Shown: one piece after another, positions 22,283 to 36,285 of the stretch
How the letters are laid out: every line of letters begins with the position of its first letter
Numbering within the stretch: position 1 is the first letter of the stretch
Source of the DNA: Isurus oxyrinchus
Lineage: Eukaryota
Reading direction: 5' to 3'
DNA length: 64,000 nucleotides
Assembly (NCBI GenBank): GCA_026770705.1
Contig: JANJGN010000019.1
Span: 86,304,001 to 86,368,000, forward strand
Position numbers and translations under genes: made by a program
The notes under the pieces: generated by a model
The model's database searches: none
The model's input: the letters and a program-made list of their open reading frames with translations, nothing else
Told to the model about the DNA's origin: nothing

Positions 22283-23413
22283 CTTTCAAGTCCAGTGTCA
22301 AAGCAGGAGTCAAAATGGACTGTTGCTTTAAATATTTCAGCCTGTGCTGACTGGCATTTTAGTCAACATTCTGCTGGCCAGCAGAGGGAGCCCACCTGTC
22401 AGTTATTCCTCAGGTCAGCACACAGGAAAAATTGGGAAAAGCGACTAGGGTGCGGGGGGAAAAACCATTTGATTTTTTAGAATCATTTGCCCCCCCACCC
22501 CCCACCGAAAGAAATGTGCTGCTCTGTTGTGTGCTACAAACAGCCTCATGGCTTCTCCGTCTTATGGCTGGAAGAAAATGTGTTATATCCGGTGACTGTA
22601 CAGTGTTGCATCTCTGGATGGGCATATTCCTGAAGGTTTCATTGCGTGACATCCCATCTCTAACTGTCCTGCCCAGCGGACTGGTCTCTCCACCATTCCA
22701 TCCCACCCCCACCACCCCCCCCCCCCAATCCCCCACCAACCACACCTACCCCCACCCCGCCACACCACCCCAACTATCTCAAAACAAAGGTGTTTAAAGA
22801 AAATAATTAACATTTTTTTTGACTGCTTCTATGGTTTCTTCCAGGGTTTTGTCCTGGACATTAATTTTTCATGCCTGGAGAATCCAGGGCAATCTGGAGG
22901 GTCGGTACCACTCCTCGTTGAGATGGAAGCTGGGCGTCAGCATGATCCCATTCCTAGATGCCCTAGCTGGAGTGCAAACTCGGAGTTCATGTACCAGCCA
23001 GAGAGCAGGGATATTAAACAATAGTGCAGCAAGCAGTGTATGCCTTGGGGAGGGTGGGGGAATTTATGCAGGAATACATCACCTCCACACGTCCTGTTAA
23101 GTGGTGTCCACCTTTAGTAATGTGTTTTAACATTGAATAATGTGAACCAGTAAAGGCTTCTTTCAGAAAGATGGCCTCCTGACCTGGGACTGTTTCATAT
23201 TGACACTGGGGGCCCTACAATGGAAAAGGTTCATTCAGTCCAGCAAAGTAACTAAGGAAGGTGCAGAGTCTGCCTTCTGAAACCTTTTAGGGACAGAAAT
23301 GTGCAGCAGACCCCTTAAAACCGGAAGTCTCAGCATTAGATTTAGAGAGAATAACTGGTGGGAGAACGTATAACATCCCCAACCATGTCACTCAGTATGT
23401 GGCTCCATGCCAT

Positions 23414-23674
23414 TGTAATGTAAACGTGCTCGGCAGAGCAAGGGTTAATATGGGACTGGAGAATAGGACTGCCCATGGTATGATGCATAGAGTCACATGG
23501 TAATAGACCGAGAGAACACTCTGGAAGCAGCCTACCTGCATAGCAGCAGCACCTTGCATGACATTAACTGGGATCTGTAAATAGTTAAAAGAATTAACAA
23601 TAAATGATTCATGTTTAAATATACAGGTCTCAAGATCTCATAATTGAGACATCACATCTGGAATGAACACAACA
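23414..23674 (+). mobile_element. Possible LTR remnant
   Basis: tgtaat...aataaa...cacaaca followed by a PBS-like tggtg. Confidence 0.35.
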
Positions 23675-23724
23675 TGGTGCTCAGCAATGCCACCATAATG
23701 CAACATGGTGATCAGCGATAATAC

Positions 23725-24028
23725 AAAAAGGGGAGCTGGATTAACATCAGTAGAGATACAGTCAATAATAACAGTGCTGAGGGGAGGAGTTACTGAGTGA
23801 CAGTGTGAGGGAGCTGAATTAACATCAGGCAAGATACAGTCAGAACACAGGGTGATGGGAAAGGGATTACTGAGTGACATTTTCAGCAAACTGGATTAAC
23901 ATCAGTAGAGATACAGTTAACACAGGGTGCTGGGGGAGGGGTTGCTGAGTTACATTGACAGGGAGCTGCATTAACATCAGTGGAGATACAGTCAGTAACA
24001 CAGGGTGCTGGGGAAAAGAGTTACTGAT
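23725..24028. repeat. ~77-bp tandem repeat, 4 copies
   Basis: ttaacatcag...gatacagt at 23741, 23819, 23895 and 23971. Confidence 0.9.
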
Positions 24029-24650
24029 GGCAGAATTTTAACCATGGTACGCTACTTCTGCTCTTTTGCTTTTTTTAGTTCCCATGCAATTCCAATTAAA
24101 ATTTGAAGTGTTAGTGGTGTGCATGGGAGACACTTGCAATCACATGGCAGGAGAAGTTTTGCAGTGGTGAAATCCATGGTCAGCTGACAATACAGCAGGT
24201 ATGAGTGGGCAATAAAAGAGCCTCCTGAACAAACAGGGAAGCTCTGCATCATAGCCACAATTTTGTGCCCAACTCCATTATTATTAACGTAAGACATACT
24301 GGGATGAAGGTGGCCTGGTTGTTTTTCAAATTTAAATTTCATTTGTAAGTATTTCACATTACATTGGTTTCACTTTATTTATTTGTGCATCATCATTGTT
24401 GAGACTAGCTTAGGGAGCTAAATGTACTGGTACACTTCATGGGTGGCATGCATTGATGGTTGCAGGGAGTTAGGGACATTTCTTTATTGTGGAAGAAACA
24501 ATGTTGTGTTTTTGCATTCACTCTTTATTGAATATTCATGTTAGTGTCCAGTTTTGTATTGGCCGCTCTGTGGGATAAGGCTGAACTTGCAAACTCATCT
24601 GGCTCTCTTTATGCATTGGAAAGGAGATTATTACAATCTCTGTGCAGACC

Positions 24651-25666
24651 TGTAACTTTTTAAAAGAAATATAAACTCCCAGTTATTAACTGAAAGAATT
24701 AAAGCACAGGAGTTCACATTTTAAACAAAAAACTTCAATGTACAAGAGTTAAACAAAACAATTGCAACTAACAATATATTTTGTAAGCACAAATATTTTA
24801 CATCTGAAAATTTCGACTGGACACTCCCCATTCTAATTTTATTTCTACCCAAGGGTTCCCCTATGCTTTACAGATTCTCAAGGGTTCCTTTACTTGTTCT
24901 GGGACCAAATGAAGCTGTGCCACAGCTCTCATGAATTCACTTTGATTCTCTCCAGTGTTTCCACTATTCTCTGAGATATGAGATTTCTTGGGGTCTTACC
25001 ACTAGCATCTGGCTAGATGACCTTCCAATTCCCTTTCAACACCTCACAACCTGTGGTCTCCCCAACTCAAGCATGGGTGTCACTTGCAATTTCTGTGCAG
25101 TGACTTCAAATCAGAAAAAACCCTTGGTTTCTGATAACTTTCTGCTACTGGTTCCAGTTGTTTTAAACCTCCTAGCAGATCCTCTCTCTGTCTGCCTCAA
25201 AGCTGCTCCTAAGTTGACTCAGTGTAAAGCTAATACTTTCTGTGAAAAAACACCAGAGGTAACCCCTCCCCCTCCAAAAAAAACCTCCCTGTAATCTTTC
25301 CCTGCAGCAACACAGCATCCCTGGAATGTCTCAGGTAGAGATTTAAACTAATTAGCATTACCTTCAAAACAACCCATTGATTTTGGGACCCTCATTAATA
25401 ATTTAAACCCCTGATGGAGACGCTGTAGACATCCTGGCTTCACAAAGATTCAGAAAGGGGTCACCCATTGTTTAGTGTTTTCCCACTTCCAACTCTGATC
25501 TTATTAAATAAATGTAGCCCACCCTTTGAACTGCAATTACTTTCGTCCTGTTTACCAGCTTCTCAAACTCAGGTTCTTTCATTTATCTTACATTTTAAAA
25601 AATCAATCCCAAACTAAAAGTTATACCACTGAAACATACGAATCATGAAAATAGGTGTTTGTAACA
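24651..25666. mobile_element. Possible solo LTR
   Basis: Begins tgtaac and ends gtaaca; flanks agacc / agatt are only a partial TSD. Confidence 0.3.
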
Positions 25667-27228
25667 AGATTGTCTGGGATCACTTTCAGCAGGAATAATT
25701 GAAATGTTGAGGGTGAACTCGAAGCCCTGTAAGGGCTGTGCCAGCCAACACCCTGAGATGGACCCATGTGGACAGTACTGACTCCGCCCTTTAGGTCTCT
25801 CATTTTCTCACCTTGACTGACTGAACCCACCACTCCCAGCAATACACCCAGGATGCCAGGCCCATCCCACTTCACTCCCCAATGGACCAACCACACTCCA
25901 CAACCCCGCTGTTGGAGGTGCCATCTCTCAGATGAGACATTAATCCAGGATTTGTCGTTACCTTAACTAAACATTCTCCTTCCACCATCCACTGCTTCGA
26001 CACCCGCCTGTCCCTTTATTCCCACTATTGACAACTGCTCCTTTAACCACTGTGCCCCCGTTGGAACTCTTCAGTCCAGCGTCTTATCACCTTCCTCTCC
26101 TGACCTTCAAAGCTTCTTACATCACTGTGTTAACCATCATGCTCACCACCCCAACATCCATTTGTTTTATTTTTCCTTTCCACTCCCCAATACTCCCATC
26201 TATTGCTCCTCTGGTGACCTTTGCTCTTTATGGCACATTAAGATATCTCTGTGTATGAGGAATAGCATTGCCAATCCTCCAGGATTCTCCTTGAATTCCC
26301 AGGATTACTATCCTGGACACTCCGTATGCAACCCAAGAGGAAAATTCATGGGAGTATTGAAAAAGAATGGAGCAGCTGCCGAGGAAGGTTAAGTGATAAA
26401 ATCTTCAAGAATTTGTTAAACCAGAGTTTGCAACCTTAAGAATGAACCCTTTCAATTCCAAGTACCTGAGCGGTTTACTGAGTTGCAATAAGCCTCAAAT
26501 ACCTTAAAATGTGCCCAAAAAATTCTATAGTTTACAAGAGTGGGGGGGGGGGGAGGGTCCAATGTCCCTACACCTGAGTAGAAAATAAAGCCATGAAATT
26601 TGTAAGTACTAAATCCACCACTTTCTCAAACCCTGCCTTTATGTCATTCCCTGCACTCAAAGTGATCAGGTGTTGGGTACCCTTCCAGTTTAAATTACAA
26701 CAATCCCTCTTCGCTTTCAGTCTAACTTCTTGTCCCATAAGGTTGTATTCAGTGCTGGTTTCATCTGTTCAGTTTTTTTTGGAAGCTGTGGGTGTTGTTT
26801 TAGTTGGGCAGCTTTCGCTAGCTGTCTAAGTTTTATGTATTTTTATATCAGGACGAGAAGTCAGCAGACCTTCTGACTGTAAGGGTTTAATTATGTGTTT
26901 GAAAACAATATGCAATTATGAAGGAGAGCCAAATGTTGCTTTGAAATGAAAGGAGAGCTTGTAATACATGCATCTCATTGACCTTTTCCTAACCTCCACC
27001 TCAGGAAAGTTTCCAGAAGATTGCTGGAACTTGGTCCTCTCTCTGCCACGTGGGCCAGAACGTGAATTTCATTTTTCAAACAGGTTTGCCGCCAGTTAAA
27101 AAAACACAAGGGCACACAGTCCGTTACAAAACCTCAAACTAAGTCGTTTATCCACAGCAATGAGGAAGCTGGCACTCATCTGCTCCGTTCACACTGTTTA
27201 CTCTCTAACATGGTTTTAGGAACATTAG

Positions 27229-27798
27229 GAGCAGAATTTTGCCCTTGTCGGGTGGGCTCGGCGGGGACGGTCGGGAAGCTGACTGCTGCCCGCAAATCAG
27301 GGCCGGACCGCGATTTCATGCTGGCGGGCCAATTAAGGCCCACCCATTGTGAAATGCAAGCAGCAGCGCTCAGCGCTGCCTGTGTGGGGGTGGGGAGGTG
27401 GGCTGGGGCTGGGGGTGGGGGTGGGTAGCACGAACTTCAGGCGTGCGCACAGTTGCACACTTGAGAATCTCCCTGAGGCACAGAGCTGCCCCAGAGAGAT
27501 GAAGCATTGGTTTAAAAAAAATAAAGATTTGGAAAATGTAGTATAACATGTCCCCTCATGTGACTCTGTCACACGAGCAGGGACATGTTATTAATTAAAT
27601 TTTAAAACTTTTATTTTTATTTGCTTTTGGAAACCTCATCCCGCCCGTAAGATTGCAGGGGCAGCAAAAAATTTCAGTTAATTGAGTTTTTAATGGCCTT
27701 AAGTAGGCCTTTTAATTGTCGGCTGCCGACTGAACAACTGTGTGATTGTGCGTTGACAGTGGCACATTCAGCGCGCTGCTGAGCTAAAAAATTTTCCC
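27229..27798. mobile_element. PIF/Harbinger-type MITE inserted in a CR1 3' tail
   Basis: Termini gagcagaatttt / aaaattttccc; TSD TAG on both sides; CpG-rich; flanks rejoin as the reverse CR1 tail (aggaacattag|gggtaggagtcggccattcagccc). Confidence 0.8.
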
Positions 27799-27976
27799 TA
27801 GGGGTAGGAGTCGGCCATTCAGCCCATCAGGCTTCCTCTGCCAATCAGCTAGATAATGGCTGATCTACATCTCAATTCCATTTACACAACAAAAATTAAT
27901 CGGATGGGTTCCAGAAATTGTGGATGATCAACAACTGAATCAAGCAACATAATTTCATCCAGGTAATTTAGTTTGC

Positions 27977-30101
27977 AGGCAGAATCATCCCAGATTTGCA
28001 CTAAGTGCGATAGCAGGCGGGCCATTTTACCTGGCGGCCACAATGACGGCTTTTCACGCTGTATCGCCCTAAACCACCGCATTAATTATGCATTCCCGGG
28101 AAACATGCCGTTCCCATGGCAGGCAGGCTCTCATTCGCGCGCCACACCATCCCTCGCCGCTTCATCACACCAGGCGCCATATTTAAAGACCAGCCACTGG
28201 TACATTTCTCAGTGCTTCCAACCCACGACTACTGCAAAGAGGACAGGATGGCCCCAAAAGGCAAAACGACTGCAGCCCCCAGGTTTAATGATGTGTTTGG
28301 GCGCAGTGGAGGATCACCATGATGTGCTCTACCCCCCGCTCTGGCCACAGGATGGGCAGCAACCTCACCAATCCAGCTTAGGAGGCAGTGGCAACAGTGG
28401 ACAGCTGACCTGCACCTTCATCCACCCAATGATCACACTCCCATGCAGCAACTCATCACACCCACCACAACTGTCACATCACTTTCAATTTGGACAGCAT
28501 AGTCTGGATTCGGTTTTTCGTGGATTCCCCGCCTGTTCCCCTCCACCAGTCACCCATTTCCTTTCCCCATCACAGTTGACCCCACCCCCCAACATCACCT
28601 TCCACCTCCCCTCCGCGACCTTCCAGCCACAACCGTTTTTCTGTGGCGATGTCCAGGTGAACATGCACGTTCCCTTCCTTTCCAAAAATTCCACCCCCCA
28701 TTCACATTCACCTCCCCAACCTCCTCTTTCCCACCCCCAGGGCCTGTATCTGCCTCCAAGTCCCCACTAACCACCCTCGCAGTCCCTTCTACTGCTACTG
28801 TCGAACCCTCACCTTCTCAACCTACCGCCTCACCCTTCCCTCGGTCATTCTCACCGTTCCCTCATACCACACCCACCCTCAGTTCACTCTCCCGGAGCCA
28901 GTCCTGGACCCATCAGACTCCTGCCTTGCACTTTCACCTGGACATACTCCCACTCCTCTGGACTCCTTCCCTCCCGGAACCCCTTTGGTCCCAGAACTCT
29001 TTCCCCCAGAAACCCTTCCCCTTCCCTGAAACCCTTCTTCCCGTGGAAGTCCTTCCTCCCATCCCTCAGTCTTCCTCCACTCCCAGATCCCCCTCCATTT
29101 AGACCCTCACCATTCCTGACTCCCTCAGCCACCCTTAGTTCTTCCATCACCCGACTCCTTCCTCCAACCTTACCTCTTCCTCCAGTCTCACTTCTTCCTC
29201 CAGCTTTACTCTTTCCCCCTTCGTGACTCCTTCCTCCATCCTTACTTCTTCCTCCACCCTTGCTCCCTCCCCTCACTGCTCTCCTTCCTCCCCTGCACTC
29301 CCCCCCACTGTCCACACTCTTTCCTCCCACTGAACTCCTTCCCCTCACTGCATTCCTTTCTCCCTCCAAATCCTTCCCCTACACCTTCCACCCCCCCTAC
29401 ACCTACCTCCCCGGTTGCCATCTTCTCCCTGTAACCCCCTCCTCCCCTGTATTCCCTCCCCCCTCCGAACTTCACCTCCCTAATACCTTAATTACCCCAC
29501 CCAACCTAACACCCCAACACCTTCATTCCCCTCTTCCCAACCTCACCCCCCGAAACCTCTTCCTCTCCCAGTTGATCCTAGACCTTCCTCTCCCACCCAC
29601 TCAACCATCATCTGTTGTGACCAACAACAGTAACTTTCCAACTCCCGTGAGCAGCTTTGCTGCAGAGCCATGTCCATGAGAATTCACCCAGCATTACATG
29701 GACATTCCGCCAGGACCCTGTTGCTCCAGGGCTCCAGCACCTTCTGCCCCCTGGATGCCTGCTCTCTGAGCAAGGCCCTGGTAGTAAGTCCTGACTTTTG
29801 CACATCACAGTTGTCGAGACATGTTCTGCACCGGCGTGTTTTCCTGCCATCATGGGCAGACCATGGGTATGGGATGGGGGGGAATGAGTCCGGCTGACTG
29901 GCCTTATAATGATGTGCCAATGTATTATAATAAGGTTCCTGATGTCCAATGGCGGGGAATGTGGCCCACTATCGGCAGGCAGTGCAGATGATCGCAAACT
30001 GGTTTCATGGCGCGGTGAAACTGATTTTTGGCCTTCTCACCATATTGTCCACTAATGCAACTGAACACACCCGATGCCAGGGGGCACGGACAATCCTGGC
30101 C
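27977..30101 (+). mobile_element. Non-autonomous PIF/Harbinger element A (internal deletion derivative)
   Basis: Termini aggcagaatcatcc / ggacaatcctggcc; flanks tgc / tac; TATTTAAA at 28180; ATG at 28248 starts MAPKGKTTAAPRFND..AVEDHHDVLYP (Myb/SANT-like start); both ends are homologous to element B. Confidence 0.85.
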
Positions 30102-30109
30102 TACACGTA

Positions 30110-32090
30110 GTAGCCCAGGCATTTAGTTAAAGATATTTCAATTAAGGTATAAGAGCACTGTTATTTAACATGTATTTCAATGCAAGTATTTCAATTCAGG
30201 TATTTTAATTCAGGTATTCTAGTTTAGGCATTCTAGTTCAGGTATTCCAGTTCAGGTATTCTAATTCGGGTACTCTGGTTCAGGTATCCCATTCAGGTAT
30301 TCAAGTTCAGGTATTCTAGTTCAGATAATGTAGTTCAGATATTCCAGTCCAGATATTCTAAGCCATATTTTCTAGTTTAGATTTTGTAATTCAGAATGCT
30401 AATCCAGATATTCCAGTTTGGGTATTCTAGTTCAGGTATTCCTGTTCAAATATTATAATCCAGGTATTATAATATTCAGGTTCTGATATTCTAATTCAGA
30501 TGTTCTTCTTCAGGTATTCCAATTCAGGTATTCTGGTTCAGGCTTTCTAGCTCAGACGTTCCATTTCAGCTATTCTAGTTCTGGTATTCTAGTTCAGGTA
30601 TTTTAATTCAGGAATTCTAAATCAGGTATTTTAGTTCAGGTATTCTAGTTTTGATATTCTAATTCAGGTTGAATGGTTCAGGTATTATAATCCAGGTATT
30701 AAAGATCAAGTATTCTAATTCAGGTATCCTAGTTCAGGTATCCCAGTTCAGGTATTCTGGTGTAAGTATTCTGGTTCAGGTATTCAAGTTCAGATATTGT
30801 AGTTCAGATATTTTAATTCAAGTACTCTGGTTCACATATTCTAGTTCAGGATTTATAATTTAGATATTCAATTTAAGGTATTCCGGTTAAGATATTCTAG
30901 TTCAGGTATTCTAATTCAGATATTCTACCTCAGGTGTTCTAGTTCATGTATTCTAGTTCAGGTATTATAGTTCTGATATTCTAGGTCAGGTATTTGCTTT
31001 CAGGCATTCTAATTCAGATACTTGAGCTGAGATATTCTGGTCCAGATATTCTAGTTCATGTATTCTAGTTCAGATAGTCTAATTCAGATATTCTAGTTCA
31101 GGTATTCCAATTGAGGTACTCTAGTTCATGTATTCTAGTTCAGGTATTCTAATTCAGGTACTGCGGTTCATGTATTATAGCTCAGATATTCTAGTTCAGA
31201 TATGCTAGTTCCGGTGTTCTAGTTCAGGTATTCTATTTCAGATATTCTAGTTCAGATGTGCTAGTTCAGATATTCTAGTTCAGATATGCTAGTTCAGGTA
31301 TTCTTGTTCAGGTATTCTAGTTCAGGTATTCTAATTCAGAAAGTCCAATTCAAGTATTCTAGTTCAGGTGTTCTACTTTAGGTGTTCTAATAGAGGTTTT
31401 ATAGTTCATATATTCTAGTTCAGGTATTCTAATTCAGAGATTCCAGTTTGGTAGTCTATTTCAGACATTCCATTTCAGGTATTCTGGTTCAGATATTCTA
31501 GTTCAGATAGCTTAGTTCAGGTATTCTAATTCAGGTACTCTGGTTCAGGTATTCTAGTTCAAGTATTTGATTTCAGATATTCTAATTCAGATATCCTAGC
31601 TTAAATATTCTAGTTCAGGTATTCCAATTGAAATATTCTAATTCAGGCATTCTAGTTCAGATATTTCAGTTCAAGTATTTTTATTCAGGTATTCTGGTGC
31701 AGATGTTGTAGTTCAGATGTGCTAATTCAGATAAACAAATTCAGGTATTACAATTCAGGTATTGTGGTTCTGATATTCTAGTTCAGATGTTCTTCTTCAG
31801 GTATTCCAATTCAAGTACTCCTTTCAAGTATTCTGGTTAAGGCATTCTAGCTCAGACATTCCAGTTCAGGTATTGTAGTTCAGGTATTCTAAATCAGGTA
31901 TTTTAGTTCAGGTATTCTAGTTTAGACGTTCTAATTCAGGTTGTCTAGTTCAGGTATTCTAATTCAGTTATTTTAATTTGGTATTTTAGTTCAGGTATTT
32001 TAATCCAGTGTATCTTAGTTCTGATATTCTAGTCTAGATATTAATTGAGATTTTCTGGTTCAAGTTTTCTAGTTCAACTGCTCAGTTCAG
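30110..32090. repeat. 14-bp satellite (tattctagttcagg)n
   Basis: More than 100 diverged copies; the same motif reappears at 39655-39728. Confidence 0.95.
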
Positions 32091-32124
32091 ATCTCAGCGG
32101 ACTAGAAGTTAGCAAATATAGCAC

Positions 32125-32501
32125 TGCTGTTCTAGAAAGGAGGGAATGGAAAACAGGAAACCACAGGACAGTTAGCCTGACAAAGTTGTTCGGAAAATGC
32201 TGGAATTTATTATTAAGGAAATCTTAAAATGTACTTAGACAATCATAGTATGATCAGACAAAGTCAACATGGTTTTACAAAAGGAAAATCATGTTTGACA
32301 AATTTACTAGAGATTTTTTGAGAATGTAACTGGTAATGTAGATAAAGGGGAACCAGTAGATGTAATATATTTGGATTTCCAAAAGGCATTTGATAAACTG
32401 ACTTTGCAAAATATTAATATGCAAGAGAAGGGCCTGTGGCATTGGGGGTAATATACTAACATGAATAAATAATTGATTAACGGACCAGAAGCCGAGACTA
32501 G
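32125..32501 (+). mobile_element. CR1 RT, part upstream of the Harbinger B insertion
   Basis: SQHGFTKGKSCLTNLL..VDKGEPVDVIYLDFQKAFDK. Confidence 0.92.
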
Positions 32502-34439
32502 AGCCGGGATTTTCTGCTCACCTTTGTAGCGAGTGTCATGGCAGGCCGGGGGAGGGGGTGGGGGCAGAATTCAGTGGGAGGGACAGAAATCGGTTTCACG
32601 GTGGCATGAAATCATGGCGGGATCAATCCGATGGTTCTCGCCATGGTGAATCGCGAATCCTGCTGGAGACCGGCATGAAACTGATTTGCATCCCGCTAAC
32701 GGAATGCAAAGTAAGGCCCGACCGGAATTGTCCCCTCACGCCAGATTTACCGTTACACCAGTGGGAAAACACACCAGTCTGGACAAGCATGACATGCAAA
32801 AGTTGAGACTTACCTTTAAGGCCTTGCTCAGATCGCAGACATCCAAGGAGAAGAAGATGCTGGAGACCTACAGCTACCAGACACAGGAGGAATACGTGCA
32901 TCACATGCTGGGAGGATCCTCACACACATGGCTCCGCCATGAAGCAGCTCTGTGAAGGTGGGGAGTCTGCATGCAGCAGCTTCGATTTCGCTGACGCTTT
33001 GGACCTGCTTTGGAACTTCAGGGACTTCGCCATGGGCTCGCACCATCTTCCAGGCACTGCGCCATGGGCAGGTATGGATGAGCAGCAAAAGGGAAGTGGA
33101 GGAGGGGGGGCTGAAGAGGAAGGTATAAGTGTGAGTGGGAGAGGAAGGTGTACTGGGGGGTGAGGTTGGGAATGATGGGGGAAGGTGTTAGGGAGGGGGT
33201 GATGAAGTTGGGAGGGGGTGTGCAAAGATGTTGGGGAATTAAGTTGGGATGGAGGGGTGAAGGAGTTAGGGGGGAGTGAAGTTGGGATGGGGGAGTGAAG
33301 GTGTTAGGGGGGAGTGAAGTTGGGATGGGGGAGTGAAGGCGTTAGGTGAGTGAAGTTGGAAGGGAGGGTACAGAAGTGTTGGTGGTGAAATTTGGGGGGT
33401 TGAAGCTGGGGGTGGCAAAGGTGTTGGTAGGTAGAGTGGGGGGCGGCGAGATTTAAGTGGGGAGGAAGGTGTACAGAGGGGGGGAACATGTATAGAGAGG
33501 GGAAAGTGTAAGGGGAGAGGAAGGTGAACAGAGGGAAGAAGGTGCAAGGGAAAGGAGGGTGTATAGAGGGGGGAAGATGTAAGTGGGGAGGGAGGTGTAA
33601 GGTGGGGTGGAAAGTCCAGGTGAACACGCAAAGGAGAGGTCTGTGCAGTCAATGTGAGCCTCCTGGGGATCGAACTCATGGTGGACGTGGTAGGAGGGAA
33701 TGGTGAGTATGAGAAGGGGTAGAGGGAGCCGGTAGGGTGGGAGGATGAGGGTGCATCAGTATCGGTAGAAGGGGTGGCGATGGTGGTTGGTGGGGACATG
33801 GTGGCAAACACAAACCCTGGGGGTGGAAAGGAGGCGGCCAGTGAGGTCATTGGGGATGGGGGTGGGATTTTCATGAAGATGGGGACTGTGCACATTCACC
33901 TGGACATTCCTGAAGATAGGTAGGTGATGCCAGAGGTGTCTGCTGTAATGACAGAAAGGACATCGGTGACTGGAAGAGGGGAAAGGAGGGAGCTGATCAG
34001 AAACTTAACAACTTAACATTTCACACAAATCGAATGTGAGTGGAGCCTTGTGTTGGATGGGTAAAGGTGCTGCATGGGAGTGTGATCAGTGGGTGGGCGG
34101 AGATGCAGGTCAGCTCAGATGGGCAACTGAATGAGAACACCAGCAGGAAGGATTGAAAATGCCCAGGACATTGAGATGAGTGTGATGGATGAAGGCTCCA
34201 CGTGCATGGGAAAATGTTTGCATGAGGCTCCAAAAGGCCCTGCCACACACACAATTCTCCCTCTAGAATCACTCATATCTGGCTGCGTGCAGCTGAACAG
34301 CTGGTAGGCGGGAATGTAAGGGGAAGGACTCACGAAGCCGTCAATGAAGCTAAAAGACAACATTACACATTACTCAGTGAAACTGAATATATTTTCAGAT
34401 TATAAAGTGACAAAATGAGTTCACCTGTGCAATCATTTG

Positions 34440-36220
34440 TGAACAAAATTTCTTGACTTTTCTAGACCTACCGCTTCTTCTAGGTGCTGCCCTGACATCC
34501 GCAGCAGGGGTGGAGACAGCCTGTGCAACAGTTGGCCCTATTGCCTCTGATGACTTTGGCGTGGTCCTCTGGAGATCCGAGCCCTTGAGGGTCCCAGCTT
34601 GCTTTGGCTGTCCTCCTGTGGGCCAGCTGCTCCCTCTGCAGTGACAGAGGATGAGGTTGAGGGGTATCACAGGCAAAGGGGGCTTGGACGGAGTGGATTA
34701 CCTCTGAGATTCCTGAGTGGATGTCCCACGGGTGTCCAACTGCCGCTCCTCCTCCCTTTGGATGCCCGAGGGCTACGACCTGACTCCTTGAGGGGACAGA
34801 GACCTGTAGGGATGTCGAGGCGCCCTGTCTACCTCTCGCGTTGCCACTGTAGAAACTCACCCATGGCCCCCATGATGGAGTGTAGGTCTGTGCACATCTC
34901 CACGCCCTGCTAGACCAGGGTCTCCGTGACGACCACCATCCTTCCCACAGAGACTTCCATACCGCACATGTGGGCACCACTTCGTCAGGGAGCAGGTGGA
35001 CACACCCCCTCAACTCGCATGGCATTCTGTTGAAAACTTTCAACAGCTCAGCTTGATGTTCCCCTGCCTTCTGCTGACTCTCTATGATGAGCTCGAAGGC
35101 CAAATCCAGAGGCTCATCATCTGACTCGGACCTCACGGATGCCTTTTCCCCAGCAGTCCTCTGAGTGCAGGCGAGCTCGACTGAACCTGCCTCCTCCTGC
35201 TGCAGACATGTGTCCATGCAGTGACCACCAGATTGTCAACCCAGGCCTGCTCTACATCTAAGTCCCACCGAGGTGTGTGTCTCTGTGCTGTGGAGGGTGT
35301 GTGGTAGCACTGTAATAGGCCTTCCGGGCTGCTTACTTCAGGTTCTTCAATTGAGGAGGTGTCCTCTTGGCTGGAGGTGAAGAGCTGAACGGAGTTAAGG
35401 TGCTCTTGGCTGGAGGTGAGGACCTGGATGGAGCTAAGGGACTGATGTCGGTCGCTTGGCAGATCTGCCTGTGAACCAAAGCAAGGTTGGTTGGAACATG
35501 GCAGCAGAGTCAAAAGCAGGAGAGAGAGCACTCACTGATGTGTTAAGAGAGGGATGATCTGGTGCAGGATCCTCACGTGAATGTTCGCCACCGACCTCAC
35601 CATCACCGCAAGAACGGTCCATGTCTTCACCAGTCAGCGCAATGGCACGTTTCTCAAAGTGACTGAGAGGCCTAATGTGGGCCATTCCACTCCTGGTCTG
35701 GTACCTCTTCCTGCTGTTGTGAGCCAGCTTCTCCTGCATGAAAATAGATGGAGAGAGCGTGAGCAGGACGGATGACACAGCAGATGATCAGGATGCGTGA
35801 AATGTTTCTGGAGTGAGCGGAGCTGTGTATGGGATGAGGACATGAGCTCCAGAGGATATGAGCCTGAAGAAGATGTGAGGGTGTGTGTGAGAGTTAGTGG
35901 TGTTGTCCTTTGAGGTGTGAGATCCCATGTGGATGTGTGATGGGTTTGTGAGTGTGTGAGTTGAGAGTGCTTGACTTACCCTGGTGGAAAGGATGAGATC
36001 ATTCATCCTCTTTCTGCACTGGATGGCTGACCTTCTCTGTGCTCCATTGGTGGTGACTGCCACTGCCACTGCCTCTCAGGCTGGATTGATGACTGGTGGA
36101 CCTCCTGTGGCCAGAGTGAAGGCAGAGGACATCATGGTGGACCTCCACGGCATCCAAAAGGCACTCCAGTGAGGCATCACTAAATTTGGGGGCTTCTATC
36201 TTCCTGGTTTTTGGGGCCAT
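34440..36220 (-). pseudogene. Harbinger Myb/SANT-like (MSANTD/NAIF1-like) DNA-binding protein gene, 3 exons, frameshifted
   Basis: Exon 1 36220-35980 (MAPK..APKFSDASLECLLDAVE..RSAIQCRKRMNDL, donor gtaagt); exon 2 35733-35536 (EKLAHNSRKRYQTRSG.., donor gtgagt); exon 3 from 35468, with a helical region and basic end RRSGRSRKVKKF. Confidence 0.8.
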
Positions 36221-36277
36221 CTGTCACCTGGAGCAGTCCCAGTCTGTAGACATGAAGTAAGTTGTGCTCTGGTGCAC

Positions 36278-36285
36278 TTTATATA
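36278..36285 (-). promoter_or_regulatory. TATA box of the Harbinger Myb gene
   Basis: TATATAAA about 60 nt upstream of the ATG; positionally conserved in element A (TATTTAAA, 28180-28187). Confidence 0.5.

Noticed and set aside
28500-29680. Pro-rich and Gly-rich ORFs (also 33090-33900 and 62200-63700)
   Set aside because: They are translations of C-rich or G-rich low-complexity DNA with no domain signal.
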